Positions 28,122-37,178 of a stretch of DNA of 64,000 bases are shown here, piece by piece (position 1 is the stretch's first letter; the number at the start of each line of letters is the position of its first letter). Both the position numbers and the translations under genes were made by a program. The stretch is from positions 2,863-66,862 of the forward strand of contig JAIUNT010000004.1 in the NCBI GenBank assembly GCA_020161545.1, written 5' to 3'. The stretch comes from Pseudomonadota bacterium (GTDB lineage: Bacteria; Pseudomonadota; Alphaproteobacteria; Caedimonadales; UBA1908). Below the pieces are notes generated by a model. The model worked only from the letters and a program-made list of their open reading frames with translations, made no database searches and was not told the origin of the DNA.

Positions 28122-29929
28122 GTTCCTTTATAACGATTATTAAGCACTTCCAACTGGGTAAAGGTATTGACCGAGGCAAAAAGGGAGAAGAAATGATTCA
28201 ATACAGAGGCAAAAACAAAAGCGCCTATATCGTGATACTCGTCCTGACCAAAGGTCAGGGTAATTTTAGTGCCCTGGGCAAATCCGCGCCACGCGTCCAC
28301 CCCAAATCGGCGCGTGACAAGTGTGGTCGACATGTCTGTAATGGCATCAAGTTCAGGAATTGTGCGCTCACGTTCAATGTTTGCATAAAGGCGAATGACC
28401 TCTTTAAGGGCGCGCAGGGCCCCCTCTCCCCCTGAAAGGGCAAGGTGGTTTAGGCTCAGTTGCGAAATGAGGCGCCACTGGGTCTGTCCGTCCCTGGGGG
28501 GATAAATTTGCTTTCTGGGGCGATCAAGGACAAAAATTCGTGTGACGGGAATTTTATCCTCCGCGTGTAGCTGTCCGCCGGAGGGGATTTGCTCAGCGAG
28601 ATTTCTGTTGGTGCACAGGCTCCTGGCAAAGATCGTATGGGTTACGGGTTTGAGGGGCGTGAAATCAAAATCCACAAAGGACAGATGCATATCTGTTCCT
28701 GTCATGCCCTGGCGATCTGACTCCGTGCGCCGGGCGTGCCAAAAAGATTTATGCCCTTTTTCAGATAGCTGGTGGTTATAGCTAAAGTAAGGCATGAATT
28801 TTTCGACCTCTTTTTCTTGATCAATGGCTGCACTGACCTCAAGAATAGAGTGAATTTCCGTGGTTTTTTCGGCCTTAAGATCGGGGATCAAACGGTATTC
28901 AACGCTGCGATGATCCAGGCGAATGGGCTCAGTGATCTTATGGAAAAGGTTAATGATGGGGGCGCAGTGAAGCAGAAAGTTCATGGCGCTGACGTCACGC
29001 ACATTTAAGGGAACTTCCTCACAAAAAGCAAAGTAAAGATCAATTTCCGCCGCGTCTTGGGACAAAGATGGGTGGACAACGTCCATGAAGAAGAACTTCT
29101 CAGGATAATGGAAGTATTCCATGAGGAGTCTATAACCTGGGTGCGCATGCTCCGGGAATGGCAGAATGGCTTCGTCTTGCTCAAAACCGACGGGGCGCAC
29201 ACTTGAGGCGGGAATATTTTGGACAAGGGGACCAACAGTTGGCGCTGCTCCTTGAAGGACCACCTTCACGTCTTGTGCAAAAATGCCCTCATAAAGCGCA
29301 TTTTTCACCAAAGGGTTGCCCGCAATATGAAAACGCAGCTTTGCGAGGCCCATGTCTTTAAAGGTGCCCGTGTGGGATTTAAGGCGAATACGCAAGGTGC
29401 GTGAGGACCCAAGAGCCGCAGCCAAGGCGGTATCGAGGGTGCTTGTTTCCAGTAGGGTGGCGTCCAGAACACTCACGGGCGCAAGTTCAAGGTCATAGCC
29501 CGTGCGAAAGGAACACACCTCACCCGTTGCAGCGCGGGAGAACACCTTTGCGTGCTTGGGCACCGTCAGGGGAGAGGTAATCTTGCCCTGGTTTTCGGGA
29601 AGTTCAAACTGCGCAATGGCAAAGGAGGGGATGGGGGCGACAAATTGTGGGTACAGGACCCCTAAGAGCGCTTCCGTAAAACGCGGATACTGATCATCCG
29701 TATCATGCTGTAGCCTTGCTGTAAGATAGGCAAAGGACTCCAGAAGCCGCTCCACATGGGGGTCGCTTGATTCAGCCGCTCCCACATCAAGACGTCTTGC
29801 GATTTTTGGGTACTCTTGGGCAAAGCGTGCGCCAGAGCGTCGCAAATAGGTGAGTTCTCGCTGATAATAATCAAAGAAAGGGTCTAATTTTTGCACCGTT
29901 TCCTCCCTACTTTTCCAATAGTTTGCCAT
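28076..29929 (-). CDS. tssF: type VI secretion system baseplate subunit TssF
   Basis: 617 aa. Contains FDYYQRELTYLRRSGARFAQEYPKIARRL, DPHVERLLESFAYLTARLQ, and ALLGVLYPQFVAPIPS, the hallmark TssF (ImpG/VasA) N-terminal blocks. A GTG at 29896 preceded by GGGAGG is an alternative start. Confidence 0.9.
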   Translation of the reverse strand: MANYWKSREETVQKLDPFFDYYQRELTYLRRSGARFAQEYPKIARRLDVGAAESSDPHVERLLESFAYLTARLQHDTDDQYPRFTEALLGVLYPQFVAPIPSFAIAQFELPENQGKITSPLTVPKHAKVFSRAATGEVCSFRTGYDLELAPVSVLDATLLETSTLDTALAAALGSSRTLRIRLKSHTGTFKDMGLAKLRFHIAGNPLVKNALYEGIFAQDVKVVLQGAAPTVGPLVQNIPASSVRPVGFEQDEAILPFPEHAHPGYRLLMEYFHYPEKFFFMDVVHPSLSQDAAEIDLYFAFCEEVPLNVRDVSAMNFLLHCAPIINLFHKITEPIRLDHRSVEYRLIPDLKAEKTTEIHSILEVSAAIDQEKEVEKFMPYFSYNHQLSEKGHKSFWHARRTESDRQGMTGTDMHLSFVDFDFTPLKPVTHTIFARSLCTNRNLAEQIPSGGQLHAEDKIPVTRIFVLDRPRKQIYPPRDGQTQWRLISQLSLNHLALSGGEGALRALKEVIRLYANIERERTIPELDAITDMSTTLVTRRFGVDAWRGFAQGTKITLTFGQDEYHDIGAFVFASVLNHFFSLFASVNTFTQLEVLNNRYKGTWKTWKPTAGNRVLV

Positions 29930-30026
29930 AAGAAAGGTCCCCGTACTAGAGACTTGATGGAGGCGCAGACATACGTGGCCTGGGAGTACACCGTTTTAGG
30001 AAGGCGCACCGTGGCTTTTGAAGACC

Positions 30027-31088
30027 TTAGAAGCTGGACCGTGAAAGAAAGTCCAAGGCTGTTTGAGGGTCCCAAGCTTTGTCCTCAAGGCACTGCTTTA
30101 AAAGAGATTCGAGTCCCATACATACGGCGTGTTTGGAGACTTCTTCACCAATGCGCAAAGAAGCATAAGCCTTGTCTTCCAGAAAATCTGTCACAATGCG
30201 TCTTTGGTCATCCCACAAGGCAAGGTGCAGCTTTTGTGCAGGGGTGATGTGGCCGAGAATGAGGTTTTGAGCCAGAAAAAGACTTGCCTGTCTTGCTTTG
30301 TTTCTGTTGTCGCAATAAATGACGCCTAAGGAAAAGGTGAAGCCGTCTCTTCCCGCCTGAAATTCAATACCATCCCTTGCAAAACAGTGGCTTCGTTCAA
30401 AGGATATCCCCGCGTCTTCAAGGCACTTATGTGTGTAGAGTATATTGGCTTGAGCATAAGGGCGATTGGTGAGGCCCACAATTTGGTAGCCCGCATCACT
30501 CAGCCGCGTGAGGTGGTTTTGAATACCATCTTCCATGGTTTCGCGTGTCTGGAAGAACAAAGGGTTTTTAAAATGATCCACATGGGGGCTGCCCAATACA
30601 CGGCTGATATTGTTTAATTCAGACGTCTCAAGGGCGGGTGTTTTAAAAAGCTTCCCTTTTTTGCGTGCGAGCTCTTCAAAACTCCCATACCCACTTCGGG
30701 AGACGGCTTGTTGCACAAGGCTGGTATTCTCTAATAAGCTTGTTCTCCAAAAACGGACCATCCCTTCAAAAAAGAGGGTTTCGTCCAAGTCCACAAAAAG
30801 CACCTTCAACTCTGCATCTTCGGGCGTTTGCGCGAGCGTCACATTTGCTGCTTCTTCCACAGAAAATGCAACGGACACGAGCGCAGGTGAGGTGTGGGTC
30901 CCGTGTTCTGCTACAATGGCGCTTAGGGTGTCCTCACAAATGGATTTCTTCAGCGACGGATCGACGTGGTCCAGTATTGATCTTTGATAGTTTCTCAAGA
31001 GCTGTCTGGCGTGTGAATCATCGCACTGGGTGCCATAAACAGCCGTATGCCCAAAGGTCATTAAGAGTATGATGATAAGTGCTCTCAT
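30027..31088 (-). CDS. secreted HAD-superfamily-like protein
   Basis: Signal peptide MRALIIILLMTFGHTAVYG. HAD motif I is VLFVDLDETLFF (DxDxT), motif II-like is QIVGLTNR, and motif IV-like is LALWDDQ. Confidence 0.6.
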   Translation of the reverse strand: MRALIIILLMTFGHTAVYGTQCDDSHARQLLRNYQRSILDHVDPSLKKSICEDTLSAIVAEHGTHTSPALVSVAFSVEEAANVTLAQTPEDAELKVLFVDLDETLFFEGMVRFWRTSLLENTSLVQQAVSRSGYGSFEELARKKGKLFKTPALETSELNNISRVLGSPHVDHFKNPLFFQTRETMEDGIQNHLTRLSDAGYQIVGLTNRPYAQANILYTHKCLEDAGISFERSHCFARDGIEFQAGRDGFTFSLGVIYCDNRNKARQASLFLAQNLILGHITPAQKLHLALWDDQRRIVTDFLEDKAYASLRIGEEVSKHAVCMGLESLLKQCLEDKAWDPQTALDFLSRSSF

Positions 31089-31266
31089 GGGGTGAACCTT
31101 ACGTTAAAAGACATCTCCCTCTACCTTAATTTGTACACAGGGACAATAGAGACTGCACTCAACAGGCTTGTTTTAATCGAAGACGTATTTCCTTAATCGT
31201 CAAAAAATAATTGACTCTTAGAAAATAATAAAGCGTATAATTGCTGTGATAACACGGGAGGAAGTC

Positions 31267-32388
31267 ATGATAAGAAACATTATAATTCAATTGTCTATTT
31301 TGTTTGTAACAGGACCTTTATGGGCAAGTGCCATGGGCGGGGACACTTTACCGACTGATATGGAAGAGCCCAGTGATCACACTTTACAGCGCACAATTGC
31401 CGACGTTCTGGCGCGCGATCCCCATGCGGATGTCAGCGACCTTCTGCCGCGTGAGGAATTCTCACAGACAGCTCCTTCTTCCGTCCCCATTGTCGTGACC
31501 TTCCAAACAACCGTAAGCGATGAGGAGTTCGCAAGAGCCCTTGATCGTCAGCTGAATATGGAGCCGAGCCGCCATCAAGAAGAGGGCGATGCAGGCCTTG
31601 CGCGCGTGCTTCAAGAGCTTGAATCACCCGCCATGCCGACACCCCTGGTTATACCTGCCGCGGCACATGTAAGTTCTCAAGAAGCCCAGAGTGATGAGGT
31701 GCTGGCCAGGCATCTTGAGGGTACCTTAAACGGGGAACTAAGTGGTGGTACACAAGAAGAGGGTGATGCGGCTCTTGCGCGCAAGCTTCAAGAGCTTGAA
31801 GCGCCACTCATGCTGGAGATGCGATTAGAGGAGGCTGATCAAGCGCCTTACGCGGCCATGCGCCGTGACTTTCTTGCCATTCAACACGGTCAGGACGTCC
31901 ATGCCATGACGCGGGCTTTTGCAAAGGCCCATTACGGATTTCTTAAAAGCATTGAAGAGAAGTATTTTGGTTACACAAAGGATTTGGACGCGCTACGCAT
32001 CGCACATGGGCGTGATCAGTTTCTTGAGGACTGTAAAACAGATGCAAAAGCCGCACATTTAGCGTCCGATGCCTTTAAGGCAAAGACCGCTCTTATGACG
32101 GGACTTCTTGAGGGGAAGAAGGGTTTGTGGAACCCTGGGGCTATTGACGTAGACGGGGAAACGGGCCTGTCTCTTCGCGAAGTCTTTGCCCGGGTTTATC
32201 TTTTTGCCCTCAGGCGCGATGAGGCGCAAGCGGCAGCCTTCTTTGCGCGCCATGGTGAGACCCGTCCACATTTAGAAAATTTTGGATTTTTCTGTGACAA
32301 GCTCGCTGAAAACGTGAGCGAAGGTGGTGGGTGTCACGCGGGCATCACGGGGCGTTTGGTGTACACTTTTGCGTACTTTTTAACATAA
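31267..32388 (+). CDS. secreted hypothetical protein with four acidic-LAR.L helix motifs
   Basis: The ATG at 31267 is preceded by GGGAGG. Signal peptide MIRNIIIQLSILFVTGPLWASA. The motifs are SDEEFARALDRQLNME, EEGDAGLARVLQELES, SDEVLARHLEGTLNGE and EEGDAALARKLQELEA. Confidence 0.6.
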   Translation: MIRNIIIQLSILFVTGPLWASAMGGDTLPTDMEEPSDHTLQRTIADVLARDPHADVSDLLPREEFSQTAPSSVPIVVTFQTTVSDEEFARALDRQLNMEPSRHQEEGDAGLARVLQELESPAMPTPLVIPAAAHVSSQEAQSDEVLARHLEGTLNGELSGGTQEEGDAALARKLQELEAPLMLEMRLEEADQAPYAAMRRDFLAIQHGQDVHAMTRAFAKAHYGFLKSIEEKYFGYTKDLDALRIAHGRDQFLEDCKTDAKAAHLASDAFKAKTALMTGLLEGKKGLWNPGAIDVDGETGLSLREVFARVYLFALRRDEAQAAAFFARHGETRPHLENFGFFCDKLAENVSEGGGCHAGITGRLVYTFAYFLT

Positions 32389-32466
32389 AGTGCGTCTTGC
32401 CTTGTGGGGCGCGGGTAAGTTTGTCTAAACTGGCGGCCATGACACGACTGAGGAGAACTGGTTATC

Positions 32467-33192
32467 ATGTCAACGCCTTGTGACAAACTTGCCCAGGCTT
32501 ACCATTTGGCGGCCGCCCTGAAGCTTGATGATACGATCTTTACCCATATATCGGTGAGGGAGGGAGAGCGGTTCTTCCTTCCCCCCTTTGGGGTGTTGTT
32601 TGAGGAGGTGACCCCTTCCTGCCTTGAGGGGCTTTCACTTGACGCGGACCACGGCTCCACTAATTTAGCCGGCGCCATTCTCCACGGCGCCGTTTATAAG
32701 GCGCGCCCTGATGTGGGGGCGGTTGTCCATTTTCACAGCCCCAACGCACTGGCCGTGTCATGCCTTAAAGGGGGGCTCGCGTTTATTTCCCAGTTCTCCA
32801 TGCTCTTTTACGGGCGCATTGGATACCATGCGTTTGAGGGGATATCCCTTGACCGGGACGAGCAATCGCGTCTTGGGGAAAGCCTTGGGAATCACAAAGC
32901 GCTTCTTTTACACAATCATGGTCTTCTAACGGTGGCGCCCACACTGCCGGAGGCCTTTATGCTGGCGTATTATTTGGAGCGTTCCTGTGAGGTGCAACTT
33001 TTGGCCAGGCAAGGGGGAGAGGAGTTTACCTGGCCCTCCCGGGACGTGTGTGAGCATACGGCTGCCCAGTTTGAGGGGCCTGAGCGCGCGTCTCTTACAA
33101 AAGCCTATGACGCTTTACTGCGGCGCGCCCGCCGCCAGGGCTTCTTGGAGTTTGAGCAGATCAAGCCAAGCCAAACGCTTTTGGCCGGGTGA
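32467..33192 (+). CDS. class II aldolase/adducin-family protein
   Basis: 241 aa. Contains HGAVYKARPDVGAVVHFHSPNALAVS and LLHNHGLLTVAPTLPEAF, which are typical of this family. Confidence 0.85.
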   Translation: MSTPCDKLAQAYHLAAALKLDDTIFTHISVREGERFFLPPFGVLFEEVTPSCLEGLSLDADHGSTNLAGAILHGAVYKARPDVGAVVHFHSPNALAVSCLKGGLAFISQFSMLFYGRIGYHAFEGISLDRDEQSRLGESLGNHKALLLHNHGLLTVAPTLPEAFMLAYYLERSCEVQLLARQGGEEFTWPSRDVCEHTAAQFEGPERASLTKAYDALLRRARRQGFLEFEQIKPSQTLLAG

Positions 33193-33954
33193 GCGCAAGA
33201 GGTAGGCGGGGTGAAAAAGCACGCATGTGGGAATGGGCGCCTCAAGTCCGGGGCAAGCGTAGCTATGCCACCGGGTGCGCAGGGTCATGATCCCTTCTTT
33301 GGTTTGCAGGAGGGTCTTGGCGGCCGTGCCCCCCAGGAGCACCAGAAAGCGTGGTTTGATCAAGGCAATATGTCTCTGGATAAAGGGCAGACACAGGGAC
33401 GTTTCCAAGGGGCTCGGCTGACGATTGCCCGGTGGGCGCCAGGGAATGATGTTACTGATATAGACGTTCTTTTGCCGTGTGAGGCCAATGGCGGCCAACA
33501 TTTTATCCAGAAGTTGGCCACTGACTCCCACAAAGGGAAGCCCCTGACGGTCCTCATCCGCTCCCGGCGCCTCTCCCACGCACATGACGTCTGGGGTGCG
33601 TGCATTGCCCATACCAAAAACTGTGTGGGTGGCGGTTTGTTTGAGCTCACACCCGTCAAAGGCCTCCATGAGGGCGCGCAGCTCTTCAAGGGTGGCGGCT
33701 TTCGATGGATCGGGGGCTTTTGTGGAAAAGGAAGGCACTGTCCTTAAGGGCATGGCCTGATGGGGTGTCTCACCCAGCGGCGCAGATGTGCGCGCCGTGG
33801 GAGGCGGCGTCTGCGTCTGTGGTGCACGAAAAACAAAGGCTTCTTTTTGAAAGGTGCGCTTATCTTGAGGGGTCAGGCTCAAACTTTCGTCAAGACCCCA
33901 CAAGGCTTGGAGTGAGAGGGCTTCATAAGGAAAAGGCTCCTTATCCCGTGACAC
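33115..33954 (-). CDS. family-4 uracil-DNA glycosylase with N-terminal extension
   Basis: Contains GEAPGADEDRQGLPFVGVSGQLLDKML and the C-terminal HPAYLLRSP..K..AW.DL. The roughly 100-aa N-terminal extension is common in Alphaproteobacteria. Confidence 0.9.
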   Translation of the reverse strand: MSRDKEPFPYEALSLQALWGLDESLSLTPQDKRTFQKEAFVFRAPQTQTPPPTARTSAPLGETPHQAMPLRTVPSFSTKAPDPSKAATLEELRALMEAFDGCELKQTATHTVFGMGNARTPDVMCVGEAPGADEDRQGLPFVGVSGQLLDKMLAAIGLTRQKNVYISNIIPWRPPGNRQPSPLETSLCLPFIQRHIALIKPRFLVLLGGTAAKTLLQTKEGIMTLRTRWHSYACPGLEAPIPTCVLFHPAYLLRSPGQKRLAWLDLLKLQEALAAGAPQ

Positions 33955-33957
33955 GGA

Positions 33958-34500
33958 TTAATCCCAAAAACGCTTGGCAATCTCTTCCACAATAATGTCA
34001 CAGGTGACATCGGGGACACGGTTGTCACAGTCAACGCGGAAATCAGCCTTCTCATAAAGCGGGTAGTACTCGGAAATATAACGCTCGAGTGTCTCCTTCT
34101 TATCGCCTGTTTCCAGCTGAGGACGGTGTGAGCGGCCCACAACACGGGGATAAAGGGTCTCAAAAGACGCATAGAGCCACACGGAAAAAGACCCGTTCAA
34201 GATGAGCTCACGGGTTTCCTCGTCAATGAAGGTCTCAACGCCTGTGGAAATGACGTGGGGCTCTTCACTCAAAAGGCGCGTGACAACACGGCGCTCGGTG
34301 TCGCGGAAGGCTTTTTCCCCATACCAGTTGTAAATATCAGACACGCTGCAGCCTGCCGCTTTTTCAACTTCTTGGTCGGAATCTTTAAAGTCAACGCTCA
34401 GGCGCTTGGCAAGTTTGCGACCGACGCTTGTCTTACCTACACCCATCATGCCAACCAAAACCACCGACTTGGGCAGCTTCGTTAGACCTAACATAGCCAT
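33958..34500 (-). CDS. aroK: shikimate kinase
   Basis: P-loop VLVGMMGVGKTSVGRKLAKRL, then DSD..VE, then FRD.E. I trimmed the track ORF to the ATG at 34500. Confidence 0.9.
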   Translation of the reverse strand: MAMLGLTKLPKSVVLVGMMGVGKTSVGRKLAKRLSVDFKDSDQEVEKAAGCSVSDIYNWYGEKAFRDTERRVVTRLLSEEPHVISTGVETFIDEETRELILNGSFSVWLYASFETLYPRVVGRSHRPQLETGDKKETLERYISEYYPLYEKADFRVDCDNRVPDVTCDIIVEEIAKRFWD

Positions 34501-34615
34501 TGGTTCTCGTTTCCTAGTCTTAAATAGAATCTTGACACAGACGGCGCTCACCATCTTCCATGTCATTCAGTTATCATATACTGTGGCCCAAGATGCAAGA
34601 GGGAGTTGTAAAAAG

Positions 34616-34759
34616 ATGACAACGACGATGAAAATGTTATGGGGTATTTTGGCCCTTGCTTTGGTGGCCGCCTTGGTGATCTTGTCCATGTGGAATATTC
34701 CGGCGCCGTCGGGAGAGGTGCGCAAAGTCATTACAGTGAAGGACTTGGGGCGCCCTTGA
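34616..34759 (+). CDS. possible 47-aa single-TM protein
   Basis: Reads MTTTMKMLWGILALALVAALVILSMWNIPAPSGEVRKVITVKDLGRP. It ends 2 nt before the xerD ATG. The only support is the hydrophobic helix and tight spacing. Confidence 0.35.
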   Translation: MTTTMKMLWGILALALVAALVILSMWNIPAPSGEVRKVITVKDLGRP

Positions 34760-34761
34760 AG

Positions 34762-35703
34762 ATGGAGGCGTTGCCCACCCTTTTGTCACAGCTTGCTCTT
34801 TTTTTGGAGATGATGGTGGCAAACAAGGGCGCGGCTGCCCATACATGTGAAAGCTACCGACGGGACCTTCTTCATTTTTTTGAGATAAGTGGCGCAAAAT
34901 CCCCGGATGATCTAGACACAAAGCGGGTCACGGACTTTTTGGCATGCCTAGAGGAAAAGGGTTACGCTCCATCTTCCCGCGCACGTAAGATGTCGAGTTT
35001 GCGTCAATTTTGCCGGTTTTTAGTCCTTGAAGGTGTCCTAAACCAAGATCCCACACGCTTGCTTGAGGCGCCGCGGCGCGCCCGCCCCCTACCAAAGATC
35101 GTTTATGAGGCTGAGATGCAGGAGCTTTTGCATACGGCCCACGCAGGAGATGATCCTGCTGACAAGCGTCTTGCCCTTTTCTTAGAGCTCCTTTACGCCA
35201 CGGGACTTCGCGTGAGTGAGCTCATTACGCTGCCCGCACAACCCTTTGTGCGCCTGAAAGAGGCCCGTGTCTTAAGAGTCATTCCTGTCATGGGAAAGGG
35301 CAAGAAGGAGCGTCTCATCCCCCTTCCTCCCCAGGTATTGGACGCTGTGCGCGCGTATTTGCCCGTGCGGGGATCCTTTATCGCAGGTGGGGATAGCCCC
35401 TGGCTTTTTCCCTCTCCTTCGGCGGCGGGGCATATCACGCGCCAGCGGGTGAATCAGCTTATAAAAGATCTGTGCGTGCGGGCTGGCCTGGATGCAACAA
35501 AGGTTTCCGCCCATGTGCTGCGCCATGCCTTTGCCACGCACCTTTTGAGCCACGGCGCTGATTTGGTGAGTGTACAAAAACTCCTGGGGCACGCTGATTT
35601 GGGTACGACCCAGATTTATACCCATGTGATGGGGGATCACTTGCAAGAATTTATTCAGGCCCATCATCCCCTTAATAGGCAAGACACCAACACGGACGCA
35701 TAA
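34762..35703 (+). CDS. xerD: site-specific tyrosine recombinase XerD
   Basis: Contains ATGLRVSELITL and HVLRHAFATHLLSHGADLVSVQKLLGHADLGTTQIYTHV (R-H-R-Y catalytic set). I trimmed the track ORF to the ATG at 34762 (MEALPTLLSQ). Confidence 0.9.
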   Translation: MEALPTLLSQLALFLEMMVANKGAAAHTCESYRRDLLHFFEISGAKSPDDLDTKRVTDFLACLEEKGYAPSSRARKMSSLRQFCRFLVLEGVLNQDPTRLLEAPRRARPLPKIVYEAEMQELLHTAHAGDDPADKRLALFLELLYATGLRVSELITLPAQPFVRLKEARVLRVIPVMGKGKKERLIPLPPQVLDAVRAYLPVRGSFIAGGDSPWLFPSPSAAGHITRQRVNQLIKDLCVRAGLDATKVSAHVLRHAFATHLLSHGADLVSVQKLLGHADLGTTQIYTHVMGDHLQEFIQAHHPLNRQDTNTDA

Positions 35704-35780
35704 GCCATGGACGCGCGCGCCAACTCAGTATATGAATGGAGGATCCCTTTGGTTGAGATGAGTGTGACGGGGTATTTTCT

Positions 35781-37172
35781 TTGACGACACGGACCTATGT
35801 GCGCTGGACCTCCGGCGCCCTATGCCTGATAATTGCGTGTGCCATTGCCGTGACGGATTATTATCGTCACCGGGAAGTAGCCCAGCTCACGCCAGCGCCT
35901 CCTGCGCCCCCACCCCCGCCTGTGAAGGTTGTTGAGGAAGAGGTTGAACCCACAGGTCCCGTGGATGAAACCCTCCAAGTCCTTAAAGGGGACACCCTCT
36001 CCAGCGTCCTTTTGCGCGCCAAAATTGACCAAACCCAAGTTCATGACGCTGTGGAGGCTCTCACAAAAGTCTTCAATGCCAAAGACTTGCGCCCAGATCA
36101 TCAGCTGTTTGTGACGTACATGCCTCCCAAAGAAAAGGGAGGGGATAGGGATCTCCTGAGTCTTTACATTCGCCCCTCCATTGAGTGCGAGATTACGGTA
36201 GAAAAAGGGGATGATGGATCTTACCGCGCTCAAAAAGAGGTCAAAAAGCTCATCAAGACGACCCAGATTGCCAAGGGTGAGATCAAAGAGAGTCTCTTTT
36301 TAGACGCGAAGAAACTCAAGGTCCCTCCCAAGGTCATCACCGAGATGGTGAAGGTCCTCAGCCACGACGTGGACTTCCAGCGTGACTTTCACCCAGGCGA
36401 CACCTTTGGACTTGTGTACGACACTGAAAAAGACCCCGAAGGACTTTTGGAGCGTCCGGGGCAACTGTCCTTTGTTTACCTGAAACTAAAGGATAAGGAG
36501 CTGCGTTTTTATAACTTTAAGCCACGCAGCAGTCCTCCCGGCTACTATGACCTGAAGGGCTCAAGCACACGTAAGGGACTACTTCGTACACCTGTAGACG
36601 GCGCGCGTCTTTCCTCAGGCTTTGGCAGCCGACGCCATCCGGTCCTTGGGTACCGCAAGGATCATAAGGGCGTGGACTTTGCCGCGCCCATAGGGACCCC
36701 TGTCATGTCCGCAGGTGATGGCGTCGTGGAAAAAGTGGGACCCTTTAGCAGTTATGGCAACTATATCCGTGTGCGTCACAACAGTGAAATCTCAACGGCC
36801 TATGCGCATCTCAGTCGCTTTGCGACGGGTCTTCGTCCAGGCAAAGCTGTGCGTCAGGGACAGATTATTGGATACATTGGCATGACGGGGCGCACCACGG
36901 GACCGCATCTCCATTACGAGCTCATCCGTTTTGGGAAGCAAGTGGATCCAAAACACGTCAAGACCATGCCAGCAGGCAAACTAGGCGGGGCCGATCTGTC
37001 TGCCTTTAAGGCGCTTGTGGCCAGCATCAATAAGCGCTTTGAGGCGTACAAGCCCCCTGTGCAGCCCGCGGAAGAGCCCGATGACGCTGAGGCCTCCACC
37101 CCGACACCTGCGGCAGAGAATGATGTGCCAACATCGGACGAGCTTCAAAAGGCGGATAGCAAAAAAGTGTGA
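35781..37172 (+). CDS. M23-family metallopeptidase
   Basis: C-terminal HKGVDFAAPIGTPVMSAGDGVV...GNYIRVRHN...TAYAHLSRF...GMTGRTTGPHLHYEL. An N-terminal TM anchor and Pro-rich linker are present. The TTG start is uncertain. Confidence 0.88.
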   Translation: MTTRTYVRWTSGALCLIIACAIAVTDYYRHREVAQLTPAPPAPPPPPVKVVEEEVEPTGPVDETLQVLKGDTLSSVLLRAKIDQTQVHDAVEALTKVFNAKDLRPDHQLFVTYMPPKEKGGDRDLLSLYIRPSIECEITVEKGDDGSYRAQKEVKKLIKTTQIAKGEIKESLFLDAKKLKVPPKVITEMVKVLSHDVDFQRDFHPGDTFGLVYDTEKDPEGLLERPGQLSFVYLKLKDKELRFYNFKPRSSPPGYYDLKGSSTRKGLLRTPVDGARLSSGFGSRRHPVLGYRKDHKGVDFAAPIGTPVMSAGDGVVEKVGPFSSYGNYIRVRHNSEISTAYAHLSRFATGLRPGKAVRQGQIIGYIGMTGRTTGPHLHYELIRFGKQVDPKHVKTMPAGKLGGADLSAFKALVASINKRFEAYKPPVQPAEEPDDAEASTPTPAAENDVPTSDELQKADSKKV

Positions 37173-37178
37173 TGGGAG

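Noticed and set aside
34762-35703. Tyrosine recombinase as a marker of an integrated mobile element
   Set aside because: The sequence and context (next to aroK, with the full R-H-R-Y XerD signature) fit the housekeeping chromosome-dimer resolvase. No phage or ICE genes or att-like repeats are nearby.
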